From a virus: DNA of 64,000 nucleotides. The DNA lies in the IMG/VR virus record IMGVR_UViG_3300028394_000037, one strand, 5' to 3'. The position numbers and the translations under genes were made by a program. Position 1 is the first letter of the stretch. Every line of letters starts with the position of its first letter. Below are positions 12,001 to 20,279 of the stretch, in pieces. The notes under the pieces are model-generated. The model was not told where the DNA came from and ran no database searches. It worked only from the letters and a program-made list of their open reading frames with translations.

Positions 12001-13246
12001 CAAAATTTAATTGTGTAAAACCATTTGCATCACCGATTAATGTTCCTTCATCAAAAATACTAAGTCCAGTAATAGCATCAGCAGGAGCAGCAGGAACCCA
12101 ATTTGGAGGATTGCTAATACCATTTGATTTGAGAATATATCCAGAAGTACCATTTGCCAAAAATGCTGTGGTATCAGCGGAAGACTGATAAACTAGATTT
12201 CCATTCAAACCACCTTTAATATTTGTTGATATACCAGCATCAGTTGCATATGTTGCAGTACCAGAAAATGTAGTAGCAGTTATAATACCAGTAGAATAGA
12301 TATTACCTGCAGTTACAAATCCCAAAGTACTGATACCAGAGATACTTAATGATGTACCTACAATATTAGTACCACTAAAAGAACCACCAATTAATGAACC
12401 ATTAACATAAAATCCATCAGAAGCAGTAACACTACCAATAAAATTTCCACTACCAACAACATGTAGTTTTGATGTTGGATTTGTGGTTCCTAATCCAACA
12501 GAACCAGAAACATATGCGCCACCAACAACTTGAAGTCTTTGTGATCTTGTTCCTGTTTCTGTTCCTCCACCTATAAGAACTGAACCATTAGTGAATGTAG
12601 AAATACCAGAAACATTTAACTGTTGTGATGTTAAGTTGGTTGCTGATGTAACACCTAAAGTGCTGATACCTGATACATTAAGTTGTTGTGATGTTAGGTT
12701 GGTTGCTGATGTAATTCCTAAAGTGCTGATACCAGAGATACTTAATGATGTTCCTACTACACTAGTACCACTAATAGATCCACCAACAAATTTGGTGGAA
12801 GATAATACTCCAACAAAATATCCATCACCATCAACCCAAAGTTTTGATGTTGGATTAGTTGTTCCAATACCAACAGAACCACCAATATAAACACTTGAGT
12901 TAATACCAGTAACCTGAAGAACTTGTCCTACAGTTCCTGTAGAAGTTCCACCACCTATAAGAACTGGTCCATTAGAGAATGTAGAAACACCAGCAATACT
13001 TAAAGAAGTACCTACTAAAGCAGTAGCATTAATAGCACCACCAATTAATGAACCATTAACATAAAATCCATCAGCAGAAGTAACACTACCAATAAAATAT
13101 CCACTGCCACCAACCCAAAGTTTAGAAGTAGCGTTGGTGGTTCCTACACCAACATTACCAATAACTTCTAATACTGTATTATTTTCAGTATAAGAACTTA
13201 CACCAATTTTAATATTTTTTTGGCGGTTGCTGAGATATTTTGTCAT
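6041..13246 (-). CDS. Long tail fibre-like protein, 2401 aa
   Basis: Many VGIGTTNPT modules plus 21-aa, 9-aa and 17-aa tandem repeats. Ends in YIQYNSTTNSLDF. Confidence 0.8.
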   Translation of the reverse strand: MTKYLSNRQKNIKIGVSSYTENNTVLEVIGNVGVGTTNATSKLWVGGSGYFIGSVTSADGFYVNGSLIGGAINATALVGTSLSIAGVSTFSNGPVLIGGGTSTGTVGQVLQVTGINSSVYIGGSVGIGTTNPTSKLWVDGDGYFVGVLSSTKFVGGSISGTSVVGTSLSISGISTLGITSATNLTSQQLNVSGISTLGVTSATNLTSQQLNVSGISTFTNGSVLIGGGTETGTRSQRLQVVGGAYVSGSVGLGTTNPTSKLHVVGSGNFIGSVTASDGFYVNGSLIGGSFSGTNIVGTSLSISGISTLGFVTAGNIYSTGIITATTFSGTATYATDAGISTNIKGGLNGNLVYQSSADTTAFLANGTSGYILKSNGISNPPNWVPAAPADAITGLSIFDEGTLIGDANGFTQLNFVGNIVSVASTLGIATISFLDYTSNAGVSTYATSSGIATYATNAGVSTYATSSGISTYATSSGIATYATIAGYSTSSGISTYATSSGISTYAPNAGVATYATSSGIATYATNAGVSTYATSSGIATYATNAGTSTSVIGGIASVTQLYVSSGITTVGFITASNVYVSGVTTSGGVNVTTGNDYKINGTSVLSNNTLGTNVVNSSLTSVGTLGQLNVTGVSTLGVTSTTNLTSQQLNVSGISTLGVTSATNLTSQQLNVSGISTLGVTSTTNLTSQQLNVSGITTLGVTSTTNLTSQQLNVSGISTLGVTSATNLTSQQLNVSGISTLGITSTTNLTSQQLNVSGISTLGVTSTTNLTSQQLNVSGITTVGFITASSAYVSGIVTATTFVGALTGTATSTTNIPNLTGVITSNNTTTSLGSFSSSNLATALSDKTGSGVAVFATSPTLVTPALGAATATSIVVGSGVTINASGINAASGIITASQLSTGASGTGININTNTISGPATLTIDPAAVGDNTGAVRIKGDLYVDGTQFIVNSTTIELADFNVGIATTVGTNALLDGAGIGIGSIGIRKTLTWSNSSTALKSSEDFDVASGKVYRVNGTSVLSNDTLGSGVVNSSLTSVGTLGQLNVTGVSTLGITSTTNLTSQQLNVSGITTLGITSTTNLTSQQLNVSGITTLGITSTTNLTSQQLNVSGITTLGITSTTNLTSQQLNVSGITTLQSTTLIGGGTSTGTSGQVLQVSGINSSVYIGGSVGIGTTNPQYKTHIVGTDDILTIESTSTTARTTLKFLTNGNDWEIGARGSSNPSSPNTFYIWDNAASLYRQVIDASGNFLINTSTTTGTASQALQVNSGGYFNGSVGIGTTNPTSTLTVQGSAYISGISTLGVTSTTNLTSQQLNVSGITTVGFITATNLNVSGVSTFAGIATHTTSLFGTQASFTGVTTTATLNVGTGGTIITTTSGGSVGIGTTNPTATLTVAGNSANILIGKQYATANAITLNGSTATADYNILSTSTNNLIINRPSGKSITFAQTDLSHANFDTSNNFILNSGSLAIGNFTPSYAIDAGAASLNKAGRVGSIIFGTAGTSYGVVGYNAKPSALNAWTYDTTDVASWVQFLSGGHVFYRAAIGSTGNSITPLESGRFDSSGNLGIGTTNPTSKLWVNGDGYFVGSITGTNLVGTALSVTGISTFANGPVLIGSATSTGTASQRLQVNSGGYFNGSVGIGTTNPTSTLTVQGSAYISGISTLGITSATNLTSQQLNVSGITTLGVTSTTNLTSQQLNVSGITTLGVTSTTNLTSQQLNVSGISTLGVTSTTNLTSQQLNVSGITTLGVTSTTNLTSQQLNVSGITTLQSTTLIGGGTSTGTAGQVLQVSGINSSVYIGGSVGIGTTNPTSKLWVDGSGYFTGILTANRIFSSQYGEFVGGSISGTNLVGTSLSISGISTLSSTVNIGGTVIFTNNNIRIGDTNTGRSITSGTHNFFAGSEAGKCNTTGSCNNFFGRGAGCSNTIGNHNNFLGNSAGYLNTCGNYNNFFGQYSGFSNTSGGCNNFFGQYSGLLNDSGSNNNFFGNCAGYYSFSGQNNSFFGNNTGYNMSNGCNNTFLGSNAACTQIDGDRNVAIGYSVQLPLINGSDQLNIGSGSNSWITGNSNFNIGLGTANPTSKLWVDGSGYFTGNLTSQQLNVSGITTLGIITASSAYVSGISTFAGITTHTASLFGTTASFTGVTTSGGINVTTGNDYKINGTSVITNNTLGSGVVNSSLTSVGTLGQLNVTGVSTLGVTSTTNLTSQQLNVSGITTLGVTSTTNLTSQQLNVSGITTLGVTSTTNLTSQTLNVSGISTLGVTSTTNLTSQQLNVSGISTLGVTSTTNLTSQQLNVSGISTLGVTSTTNLTSQQLNVSGITTLQSTTLIGGGTSTGTTSQPLQVTGGAYVSSNVGVAVTAPSFAVDVSGDARVQSTGKMRFGGTAGSTNFYIQYNSTTNSLDFVAG
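6296..6700 (-). repeat. 63-bp (21-aa) tandem array, 6 units
   Basis: Unit NLTSQQLNVSGI(S/T)TLGVTSTT. The three copies at 6303-6491 are DNA-identical. Confidence 0.95.
7140..7575 (-). repeat. 17-aa NNFFG..AG..N..G solenoid-type repeats, about 9 units, Cys-rich
   Basis: HNFFAG, NNFFG (x4), NNFLG, NSFFG, NTFLG and NVAIG occur at 17-residue spacing. Confidence 0.85.
7945..8280 (-). repeat. 63-bp tandem array, 5 units
   Basis: Same 21-aa unit as at 6296-6700. Confidence 0.9.
9840..10120 (-). repeat. 63-bp tandem array, 4 units
   Basis: Same unit, with the array-specific variant LGITSTT. Confidence 0.9.
10900..11370 (-). repeat. 63-bp tandem array, 7 units
   Basis: Same 21-aa unit. Confidence 0.9.
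11600..11941 (-). repeat. 27-bp (9-aa) tandem array, about 12 units
   Basis: Alternating YATSSGI(A/S)T and YATNAGVST units. Confidence 0.9.
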
Positions 13247-13251
13247 TATCT

Positions 13252-13599
13252 TTAGTTAAGGGTTTCTAGTATACTTGCAATAAATTTTAAGTCTGTTCCA
13301 TTACTTCCAGATAATACCATGATATCTCCAGCTTCAAGAACAAGTTTTCCAGAAAGAAGATTTGCAGTATCACTAGAAGAAATTGGAAAAGACTTCAATA
13401 TTTCAGTTGTAACAATTCCAACTCCTCCAGATACATTTCTTCGGTGAGATAATGAAACATCTTGAGAGTAATTTCCAATATTAGCCACTTGTGCTAACAG
13501 AACAACTCCAGTATAACCAACAGGTGCAGTATAAATTCCTACTGGACTCGTTTGTACAACTGATGTAATTGATTTAAAAACATTTAATGCTAATGCCAT
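13252..13599 (-). CDS. Small fibre-associated beta-domain protein, 115 aa
   Basis: C-terminal GKLVLEAGDIMVLS...ASILE resembles the 176-aa ORF at 31837. It follows a gene ending in ILALGGE. Confidence 0.65.
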   Translation of the reverse strand: MALALNVFKSITSVVQTSPVGIYTAPVGYTGVVLLAQVANIGNYSQDVSLSHRRNVSGGVGIVTTEILKSFPISSSDTANLLSGKLVLEAGDIMVLSGSNGTDLKFIASILETLN

Positions 13600-13602
13600 T
13601 TT

Positions 13603-16467
13603 TTATTCTCCTCCTAATGCTAGAATGAATGGTGTCATTGTTGAAAATAAACTCTTAGAATAGAAAGTACCAGAAATAGTTCCGGTTTGTTGATTAATAG
13701 AAACACCATCTCCTATTCGGAAATTACCAGATTGGTCTGTACTTGTGTATACAACTAATCCACCATTTCTAGAATCAGTCTCATTATCTTGAATTGGAAC
13801 TCCACCAGAAGAAGGAAGTGCAGATGCAATTTCAATTCCAGAACCAATATATTCAAATGAATGTCCAGATGCTAGAACTCTACTTTGCTTATGAAAGAAA
13901 ACTTCAGTACCAACACCCAAAGAATAAGGAAGATTCTCACTCACAGTAATTGTATAAACATTATTAGAAATTGGTGTAGAATTCAAAACAGAATAATAAG
14001 TAGGCACCAACTCAACTGTTGCTGTTGCATTATTTATTCCAACATTAGGAGAAGCAATTGTAATTGTTGGTGGTGAAGTATATCCACGACCATTAGATAC
14101 AAGTTCAAATCCAATAACAGAACCGTTACTTATTTCAGCAACTGCTGTAGCAGGAACTCCCCAAGTTGTATCAGGTTCAGAAATTGTTACTATTGGTGTA
14201 GAAGTATATCCAGTTCCACCAGACCCTACAGTTATTTTTCCTACGGAATAATATAAATCACCAAAATAAACAACTTGACCATCAAATGGTCTTATAACAT
14301 TTACTTTAGCATTTCCAGTATTTGGAACATAAGTATGTGGTTGAGTTGCAACACCAACATTCATTGTAAATACTGTACTTGCCATTGAGACTGATGGAAG
14401 ACCAGTCAAACTTCCTTGTCCAAGAAATGTAGTAAGAATTCCAACAAGATTATCAATATTAGATTTTACATTCGCACAAGATGCTGGATCAGTATTGAAT
14501 CCAGTTACAGGATCAGCGGCAATTGTCAGATCTTTTACATTTAATTGATTATTGATTGCAAGTTTAGAATAATCACGAACTGCTTGAAAAGCAGTAATAG
14601 AAGTTGTAATACCAATGTTTAGTGGAGTTCCAGAACTATCAAAATAAATTTTAGTTGCAGCAAGAATACTTTTATTTGTAAAGTTTGTAACATCAGAAGC
14701 AACAGCATCCACAATATATCCAATATCTCTTCTACACTTAGATTCACCTGTTAGGAAAGTTCCACCATTTAATGTTATTCCATTAATAATATTTAAATTA
14801 CCTGCACCAATTGATTGAGTTGCAATACCAACAAGGGTACTAATAGTTGTTTGAACATTAGAACAAGATGCTGGAGATGTATTAAATCCGGTTACTGGAT
14901 CTGCAGTAATTGTTAAATCTTTTATTGTAAGTTGATTAGTAATTGCCCTCTTACAATAGTAACCAGCAGATGTAAATCCAACAATTGATGGTGTTTCTTC
15001 TCCAACTAATCCATTAGCAATTGGAACACCTGCACCATCAAAATATTGCTTTGTGAATGCAATGGTATATGAGTTTCCTCCAGTAAATAGATCAGTAGAA
15101 ATAGCATCTACAAAATATCCAAGATCTCTTTTACATTTTGTTTGAGTACCAGAAATTGAAGGATATTGTGCTACGGTATCGTTCCACGCACTGTTAACAA
15201 TCTCGGTTTTATTTTGTTGAATTAAACGATATGAATCTTTATAACGATAAGAAGCATCACTTGCAGAATCACCAAGAAAAACAAAATCTGGATGATTGAG
15301 TGCAATTGATGCAAGAGACTTATCTACAATCTCAGTTTTATTTGCTGTGATTAAATTTCCTGCATCAACGTATCTTCCTGGTGCAACTGTTTTAATTTCA
15401 AAAATATATCCATTCTGACCACTTGGATAATATCGTGTTCCTGGTTCATAAGAACAAGTAAATCCAAGTCCTGCAATAGTTACTCCCATTCCAACAGAGA
15501 AATTATGTGCTGTTGAAGTATATGCAGTTAAAATTCCTGTTGTATTATCATAGGAAGCATTGGTAATATTTAAAGTTGGAGTACTTAAATCCAACACAAA
15601 TGTATCACTATTTACAGAGGAAGCATATGTAACAATTCCAACATATTTTAATGGTCCAATTCCATCAGCAACTAGTCCATAATTACCGAATGATGAGTTA
15701 GAGTTTGTTAAATCACACGCACCACCAGATCCACAATATACTGCAACGTCATCACAAATTGTGAAGAGTGATACTAACTGAGCATATCCTTCATTTGTAA
15801 TAGAAACACCAATACCACCTTGATTATATTGAGTATAAGAATCAAGAACCATTGATTTTAATGGTCCTAAAGCATTTTCTCCATCAATTCTTAATCCAGT
15901 ACTGTTACGAATAAAATTTGTACAGTTCTGAATATATGGAGATTGATTAATATATCTTTGATTATTTGGATTAAATGCAAAAATTGCTCCACTACTTGGT
16001 TGATTGCAAGTGAATGCCATTTCTGCAATATAGTTTCCGGTTCCTACATAAAACAAATCTTCATCAATATTTAAAGGAGTTACAGAAACTTCTCTTAAAC
16101 TATCTCCAGTAATACTTACTTGGTCTGGCAATTCAATTGGATTATCTTCTACATAATATCCAGCACTAACTTTAATAACTGTTCCCGTTGTTGCTTCTGA
16201 GACTGCTGCTTTGATTGTTGCTTTTGCGTCTCCAAGCTTTTTGCCTGTGTTGTTGTCGTTTCCGTCTTTTGTGACATATAAAATATTTGTTACTGTTACA
16301 CCAGACCCTACTCTAACAATATCCGTACCAATTCCTGCTCTTTCTCTTCTTACGAACAATTCTGCATCATAAGTATTGAGTGCAAGTTCACCTAAAGGTA
16401 ATTGGTCTACTGTAGGTCTTTTACCTTCAAGAGAAGATCTTTTAATCTTAATAACGGGTGCTGCCAT
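13603..16467 (-). CDS. Virion structural/fibre protein, 954 aa
   Basis: Has an Mtd_N-like start (IKIKRS...GELALN) and a beta-helix-type start (LYVTKDGNDNNTG...GDSLR). Contains two helical KC(K/R)RD(L/I)GY.VDA repeats. Confidence 0.7.
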   Translation of the reverse strand: MAAPVIKIKRSSLEGKRPTVDQLPLGELALNTYDAELFVRRERAGIGTDIVRVGSGVTVTNILYVTKDGNDNNTGKKLGDAKATIKAAVSEATTGTVIKVSAGYYVEDNPIELPDQVSITGDSLREVSVTPLNIDEDLFYVGTGNYIAEMAFTCNQPSSGAIFAFNPNNQRYINQSPYIQNCTNFIRNSTGLRIDGENALGPLKSMVLDSYTQYNQGGIGVSITNEGYAQLVSLFTICDDVAVYCGSGGACDLTNSNSSFGNYGLVADGIGPLKYVGIVTYASSVNSDTFVLDLSTPTLNITNASYDNTTGILTAYTSTAHNFSVGMGVTIAGLGFTCSYEPGTRYYPSGQNGYIFEIKTVAPGRYVDAGNLITANKTEIVDKSLASIALNHPDFVFLGDSASDASYRYKDSYRLIQQNKTEIVNSAWNDTVAQYPSISGTQTKCKRDLGYFVDAISTDLFTGGNSYTIAFTKQYFDGAGVPIANGLVGEETPSIVGFTSAGYYCKRAITNQLTIKDLTITADPVTGFNTSPASCSNVQTTISTLVGIATQSIGAGNLNIINGITLNGGTFLTGESKCRRDIGYIVDAVASDVTNFTNKSILAATKIYFDSSGTPLNIGITTSITAFQAVRDYSKLAINNQLNVKDLTIAADPVTGFNTDPASCANVKSNIDNLVGILTTFLGQGSLTGLPSVSMASTVFTMNVGVATQPHTYVPNTGNAKVNVIRPFDGQVVYFGDLYYSVGKITVGSGGTGYTSTPIVTISEPDTTWGVPATAVAEISNGSVIGFELVSNGRGYTSPPTITIASPNVGINNATATVELVPTYYSVLNSTPISNNVYTITVSENLPYSLGVGTEVFFHKQSRVLASGHSFEYIGSGIEIASALPSSGGVPIQDNETDSRNGGLVVYTSTDQSGNFRIGDGVSINQQTGTISGTFYSKSLFSTMTPFILALGGE

Positions 16468-16518
16468 TAGGTATTTACCAAAAAATCCAATATATATTGG
16501 ACATTATTATATATTTAG

Positions 16519-16713
16519 TCAATTAAAATCTTCCTCTACTTTTGCCATTTTTCTCGTTTTTGACGATAATAACTTCTCATTTTCCAATTGAAGATTCTCT
16601 ATTGTTTTTTTCAATTGTTCTATTTGAGTTTCAAAAACAATATTAGAATTAAATAATTCAAAAGATTTTTGTTGATACTTACTTAAAACTAATTTTAATT
16701 CTTCTTCAGTCAT
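16519..16713 (-). CDS. Small coiled-coil protein, 64 aa (possible fibre assembly chaperone)
   Basis: Heptad pattern QIEQLKKTIENLQLENEKLL and its own late promoter. The chaperone role is inference by analogy with T4 gp57A. Confidence 0.65.
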   Translation of the reverse strand: MTEEELKLVLSKYQQKSFELFNSNIVFETQIEQLKKTIENLQLENEKLLSSKTRKMAKVEEDFN

Positions 16714-16745
16714 AAAAAAAGAGGGAGATAACTCCCTCTATTTAG
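16714..16745 (-). terminator. Rho-independent terminator overlapping a late promoter
   Basis: Minus strand reads CTAAATA-GAGGGAG-TTAT-CTCCCTC-TTTTTTT-ATG. Confidence 0.8.
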
Positions 16746-16764
16746 ACTATTTTATAATTTAGAA

Positions 16765-19122
16765 CTATACAAATTCTCCTGCGTCAATAGTGATGTTTAT
16801 TAGATTTCTTGTAGTTCCTGTGCAAGAAATCACCTGCGATGAACCAGCACAGTCATTTACCCAGAGTTGTCCAATTTCAATAGGAGCAAATGTATTGACT
16901 GTAAGTTGTGGAGTGCTTGTATCACTTCCATCAGTATCAGTGTCAGCATTCAGAATACTTGCAAACTTAAATCTTGAATCTCCGTGTTCCCAAATAACTG
17001 CAGATTTCTTTGCAGTTGTTGCGCGATAGTTAAAGAGAATACCAAGGTCCCAAGTGGTATCAGTTCCTGGTGCAGCACCATTCACAATACCCAAGTCAAT
17101 TGTTCTATCTTCTACTTTAAGAGCATCAGTATTGATTTGAGTTGTAGTACCATTTACAAAGAGATTACCCTGTACCGTTAGACTATTGCCAATACTAACA
17201 GCACCAGTAGAGTTTGTGATGGTAATCGCAGTTGTTCCATCATTTGCCTTGAGGTTTGTTACATTAATCGTTGGAGTGGTAAGTGCAGTTGTAACCGTTA
17301 CACTATCAGGAAGTCCAACAGTAATGGTCTGTCCAGAAACAGCAGTATTGACTTCGTTTGCAGTACCAGAAACAGTAAGAGTTTGTGAGGTTGCAACAGT
17401 ACTTGGACCACCAGTATCAGCATTAATACCAAGAGTTACATCAACGTTATCTACATATGCCTTAACTGCTGCTTGTGTAGGTAGAAGTGTGTGACTATTT
17501 TCCGTAAGTGATGTACTTGATGAAATACCAGTAATGCCAATACCAGAAGTACCAAGAAGTTTAAGAGTACCGGTGGTTGTAATACCAGAAACATTAATAC
17601 TTGTTGCAGTTGCATCACCAAGTGCTGGTGTGACTAATGCAGGACTTGTTGCAAATACAGCAACACCAGTACCAGTCTTATCGGTTAATGCTGATGCTAA
17701 ACTGGAAGAACTAAAGGAACCTAATGATGTTGTGGTGTTATTGGATGTAATAGCACCAGTCAGATTAGGAATATTAGTAGTTGATGATGCAGTACCAGTA
17801 AGTGCTCCTACAAATGTGGTTGCACTTACAATTCCAGTGGCACCGTACATACTGATTGCAGTACCTACTTGTAACGTTGCTTGTGGATTTGTAACTCCAA
17901 CTCCAAGATTACCACCAATATAAACACTTGAGTTAATACCAGCAACCTGAAGAACTTGTCCTACAGTTCCTGTAGAAGTTCCTCCACCTATAAGAACTGG
18001 GCCACCAGAGAATGTAGAAATACCAGAAACACTGAGTGCAGTACCTACTAAGTTAGTACCTTGGATGGCACCACCCACTAAATTTCCATTAACAAAAAAT
18101 CCGGTAGAAGCAGTAACACTACCAATAAAATTTCCACTACCATTAACAACAAGTTTAAATGTTTGATCGGGAGAAGTGGTTCCAATACCAAGAGTACCAG
18201 AAACATAAGCACCACCAGTGACTTGAAGTGGTTGTGATGCGGTTCCTGTTGATGTTGCAGTTCCTACTAATAGAGTTTTATTGGTGAGTGTTTCTGTCCC
18301 TGCAATACTAACAAAATCAGCATCGGTTAATGCAGTATTAAATTCTGCTAGAGTACCAGTTATAGTATTGCTACCTAGTGCAATAGACTTATTAGTTAAT
18401 GTTTGAGTATCAGTAGCACCAATAACTTGACTGGTTGGTGCTCCAAATCCACCAACATATTGTGCATTTAAATTATCAACACGAGTTGATGAAGCAACTG
18501 AAATTGGTGCAGTTCCTTGTGCTACATTAGATACAAATCTAGATGCAGTAACAATACCAGCAGCAGCATTAATACCTGATGCATTAATCGTAACTCCAGA
18601 ACCAACAACTACACTGGTTGTGACAGATACTACACTAGGAAGTCCAATCTGAACCTGATTATCTGTAACTGCTGTCTCAATCTCATTTGCAGTTCCTGCA
18701 AAAGTAAGAGTTTGTCCTAAACCGACTGAATCAGTACTGGTTCCATCACTAATCGTGAAACTTGATGCTGCTAGAGTGGTAAATGAAAGAGTGCCACTTC
18801 CGTTTGTACTTAAAACCTGTCCAGGGTTACCATCAGCACTTGGAAGTGTGAAGGTTGTAATACCTGAAAGAGTATTTGGGGCCTTAATTGTAATGTAATC
18901 AGTGCCGTTATTGGTTCCTTCTACAAAGTTTACACCACTACCAGTTGAAGCAGTTCCTTTGGTCCAGTAACGATGAGAACCAAAAAACTTGTTGTTAGTT
19001 GTGGTACTATCAATACCTACATAAAGTTCAAAAAAATCAGTTGTAAATCCGGGTTCACCTGCCTTTAAACCTGGCAGATTAGCAAGAAGACCTCTCTTAA
19101 ACTGTAAAGTAGGAGCTGGCAT
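16765..19122 (-). CDS. Fibre protein with Mtd_N-like N-terminus, 785 aa
   Basis: Starts LQFKRG...GEPGFTTD. Shares blocks with the 2401-aa fibre and ends IDAGEF. Confidence 0.7.
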   Translation of the reverse strand: MPAPTLQFKRGLLANLPGLKAGEPGFTTDFFELYVGIDSTTTNNKFFGSHRYWTKGTASTGSGVNFVEGTNNGTDYITIKAPNTLSGITTFTLPSADGNPGQVLSTNGSGTLSFTTLAASSFTISDGTSTDSVGLGQTLTFAGTANEIETAVTDNQVQIGLPSVVSVTTSVVVGSGVTINASGINAAAGIVTASRFVSNVAQGTAPISVASSTRVDNLNAQYVGGFGAPTSQVIGATDTQTLTNKSIALGSNTITGTLAEFNTALTDADFVSIAGTETLTNKTLLVGTATSTGTASQPLQVTGGAYVSGTLGIGTTSPDQTFKLVVNGSGNFIGSVTASTGFFVNGNLVGGAIQGTNLVGTALSVSGISTFSGGPVLIGGGTSTGTVGQVLQVAGINSSVYIGGNLGVGVTNPQATLQVGTAISMYGATGIVSATTFVGALTGTASSTTNIPNLTGAITSNNTTTSLGSFSSSSLASALTDKTGTGVAVFATSPALVTPALGDATATSINVSGITTTGTLKLLGTSGIGITGISSSTSLTENSHTLLPTQAAVKAYVDNVDVTLGINADTGGPSTVATSQTLTVSGTANEVNTAVSGQTITVGLPDSVTVTTALTTPTINVTNLKANDGTTAITITNSTGAVSIGNSLTVQGNLFVNGTTTQINTDALKVEDRTIDLGIVNGAAPGTDTTWDLGILFNYRATTAKKSAVIWEHGDSRFKFASILNADTDTDGSDTSTPQLTVNTFAPIEIGQLWVNDCAGSSQVISCTGTTRNLINITIDAGEFV

Positions 19123-19152
19123 CTTTCTGTACTCTTTTTAGTGGTTTATAGT

Positions 19153-19160
19153 TATTTATA
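19153..19160 (-). promoter_or_regulatory. T4-type late promoter TATAAATA
   Basis: Exact consensus upstream of 19122. Related ATAAATA/CTAAATA sites precede genes at 16512, 19783, 23173, 24591, 27182, 32388, 41223, 48898 and 58752 (minus) and at 59586 and 60459 (plus). Confidence 0.8.
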
Positions 19161-19171
19161 AATCTAGAATT

Positions 19172-19765
19172 TTAAAAATTACCAGCATCCAAATTAACGT
19201 TGGCATTTATATTATCAGATATAAGTTCTTCAAAATCATCAGGCAATCCAGGAGAAATTGGTTCTGTTGCTGCCTTAGAAAGAACCTCATCAGGATTAAC
19301 TGCTTTATAAGTTTGAGTCACAGAATCATACATCACAATATAACTATCTTGAATTCCAGTTGTATCAACATCGGCTAAATCTGAGAACTTGACTCCAATT
19401 GCTAAATCTCCACTATCAGTACCAGTTCCTAGAGATATAGTATCCGTAACAATTACCGATCCACCATAAACTTTTATATATTTACCACCAGCAGTTACAA
19501 CTACATCATAATAATTTCTACCAGAATTTAACTGAGCAGTGGATTGAGCATCCATTTGAATTTTAATTTCACTTGTTGCAGTCGTAATAGTAGTCACAAA
19601 AGATTTATATGTTTGTGAAGTGGGATGCTTACGAATTTTAGCAATTGCAGTATATCCTGCTAATGCAAATAAAGAACCGTCAGAATTTCTAATAATAAAT
19701 TTAGATTCAAAATCAGTTCCTCTTTCAATTGCTAATGCTAAATTGACTACAGGTACTGTTGACAT
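19172..19765 (-). CDS. Virion structural protein, 197 aa
   Basis: IERGTDF...AKIRKH...GRNYYDVVV beta-sandwich pattern. Ends LDAGNF, like its neighbour. Confidence 0.65.
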   Translation of the reverse strand: MSTVPVVNLALAIERGTDFESKFIIRNSDGSLFALAGYTAIAKIRKHPTSQTYKSFVTTITTATSEIKIQMDAQSTAQLNSGRNYYDVVVTAGGKYIKVYGGSVIVTDTISLGTGTDSGDLAIGVKFSDLADVDTTGIQDSYIVMYDSVTQTYKAVNPDEVLSKAATEPISPGLPDDFEELISDNINANVNLDAGNF

Positions 19766-19798
19766 TGTAGGAATTTTTTAATTATTTATCCATTTTAA

Positions 19799-20215
19799 TT
19801 AGGACAATGAAGTTTCAAGAACCCATCCAGTTGTATTATCTCCTTGATATGCTTCTTCGTCCCAACGGTAAAATGAACGTGCTTCTACTTCTGCTTCGGT
19901 AAGTTCTGGTGCAGCACCAAGAGGTGATTGCCAATCAGCAGTTTCTTCTACGAGAACCCAAGAAGCAAATGGTTGTGGGGCAACAAAGGCATCAAGTTCC
20001 TCATTATAAGAATAACCAATAACTGCATATCTTACACGAATATTGTTATTATAAGAAGTCTGTTTCCAGTTAGTTTCTGCACCTAAAAGGTTTTTACAGA
20101 ATGCAATACCAATTTCTTCTACTTCTACTCCATTTGAATCGGTACAATCATCGTTTGATACTACGATGACTTGAGTTACAATGTTGCTTTCATTTAGTTG
20201 TGCGTAGTGAGCCAT
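19799..20215 (-). CDS. Acidic protein accompanying a Gly-rich tip protein (putative assembly chaperone), 138 aa
   Basis: MAHYAQL...VTQVIVV...WKQTSYN...DAFVAPQPFASW. Position directly after the Gly-rich gene. Confidence 0.6.
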   Translation of the reverse strand: MAHYAQLNESNIVTQVIVVSNDDCTDSNGVEVEEIGIAFCKNLLGAETNWKQTSYNNNIRVRYAVIGYSYNEELDAFVAPQPFASWVLVEETADWQSPLGAAPELTEAEVEARSFYRWDEEAYQGDNTTGWVLETSLS

Positions 20216-20279
20216 AAGAATTATAAGTTATAAAGTTTTTTAATAAATTTTTTTATTGTTGTAAAGTAAGTAAGATGAT

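Noticed and set aside
6339-12890. Plus-strand repetitive ORFs (VLIPDTFNCCEV...) and other short nested ORFs in the track
   Set aside because: Antisense or alternate-frame shadows of long genes with no expression signals.
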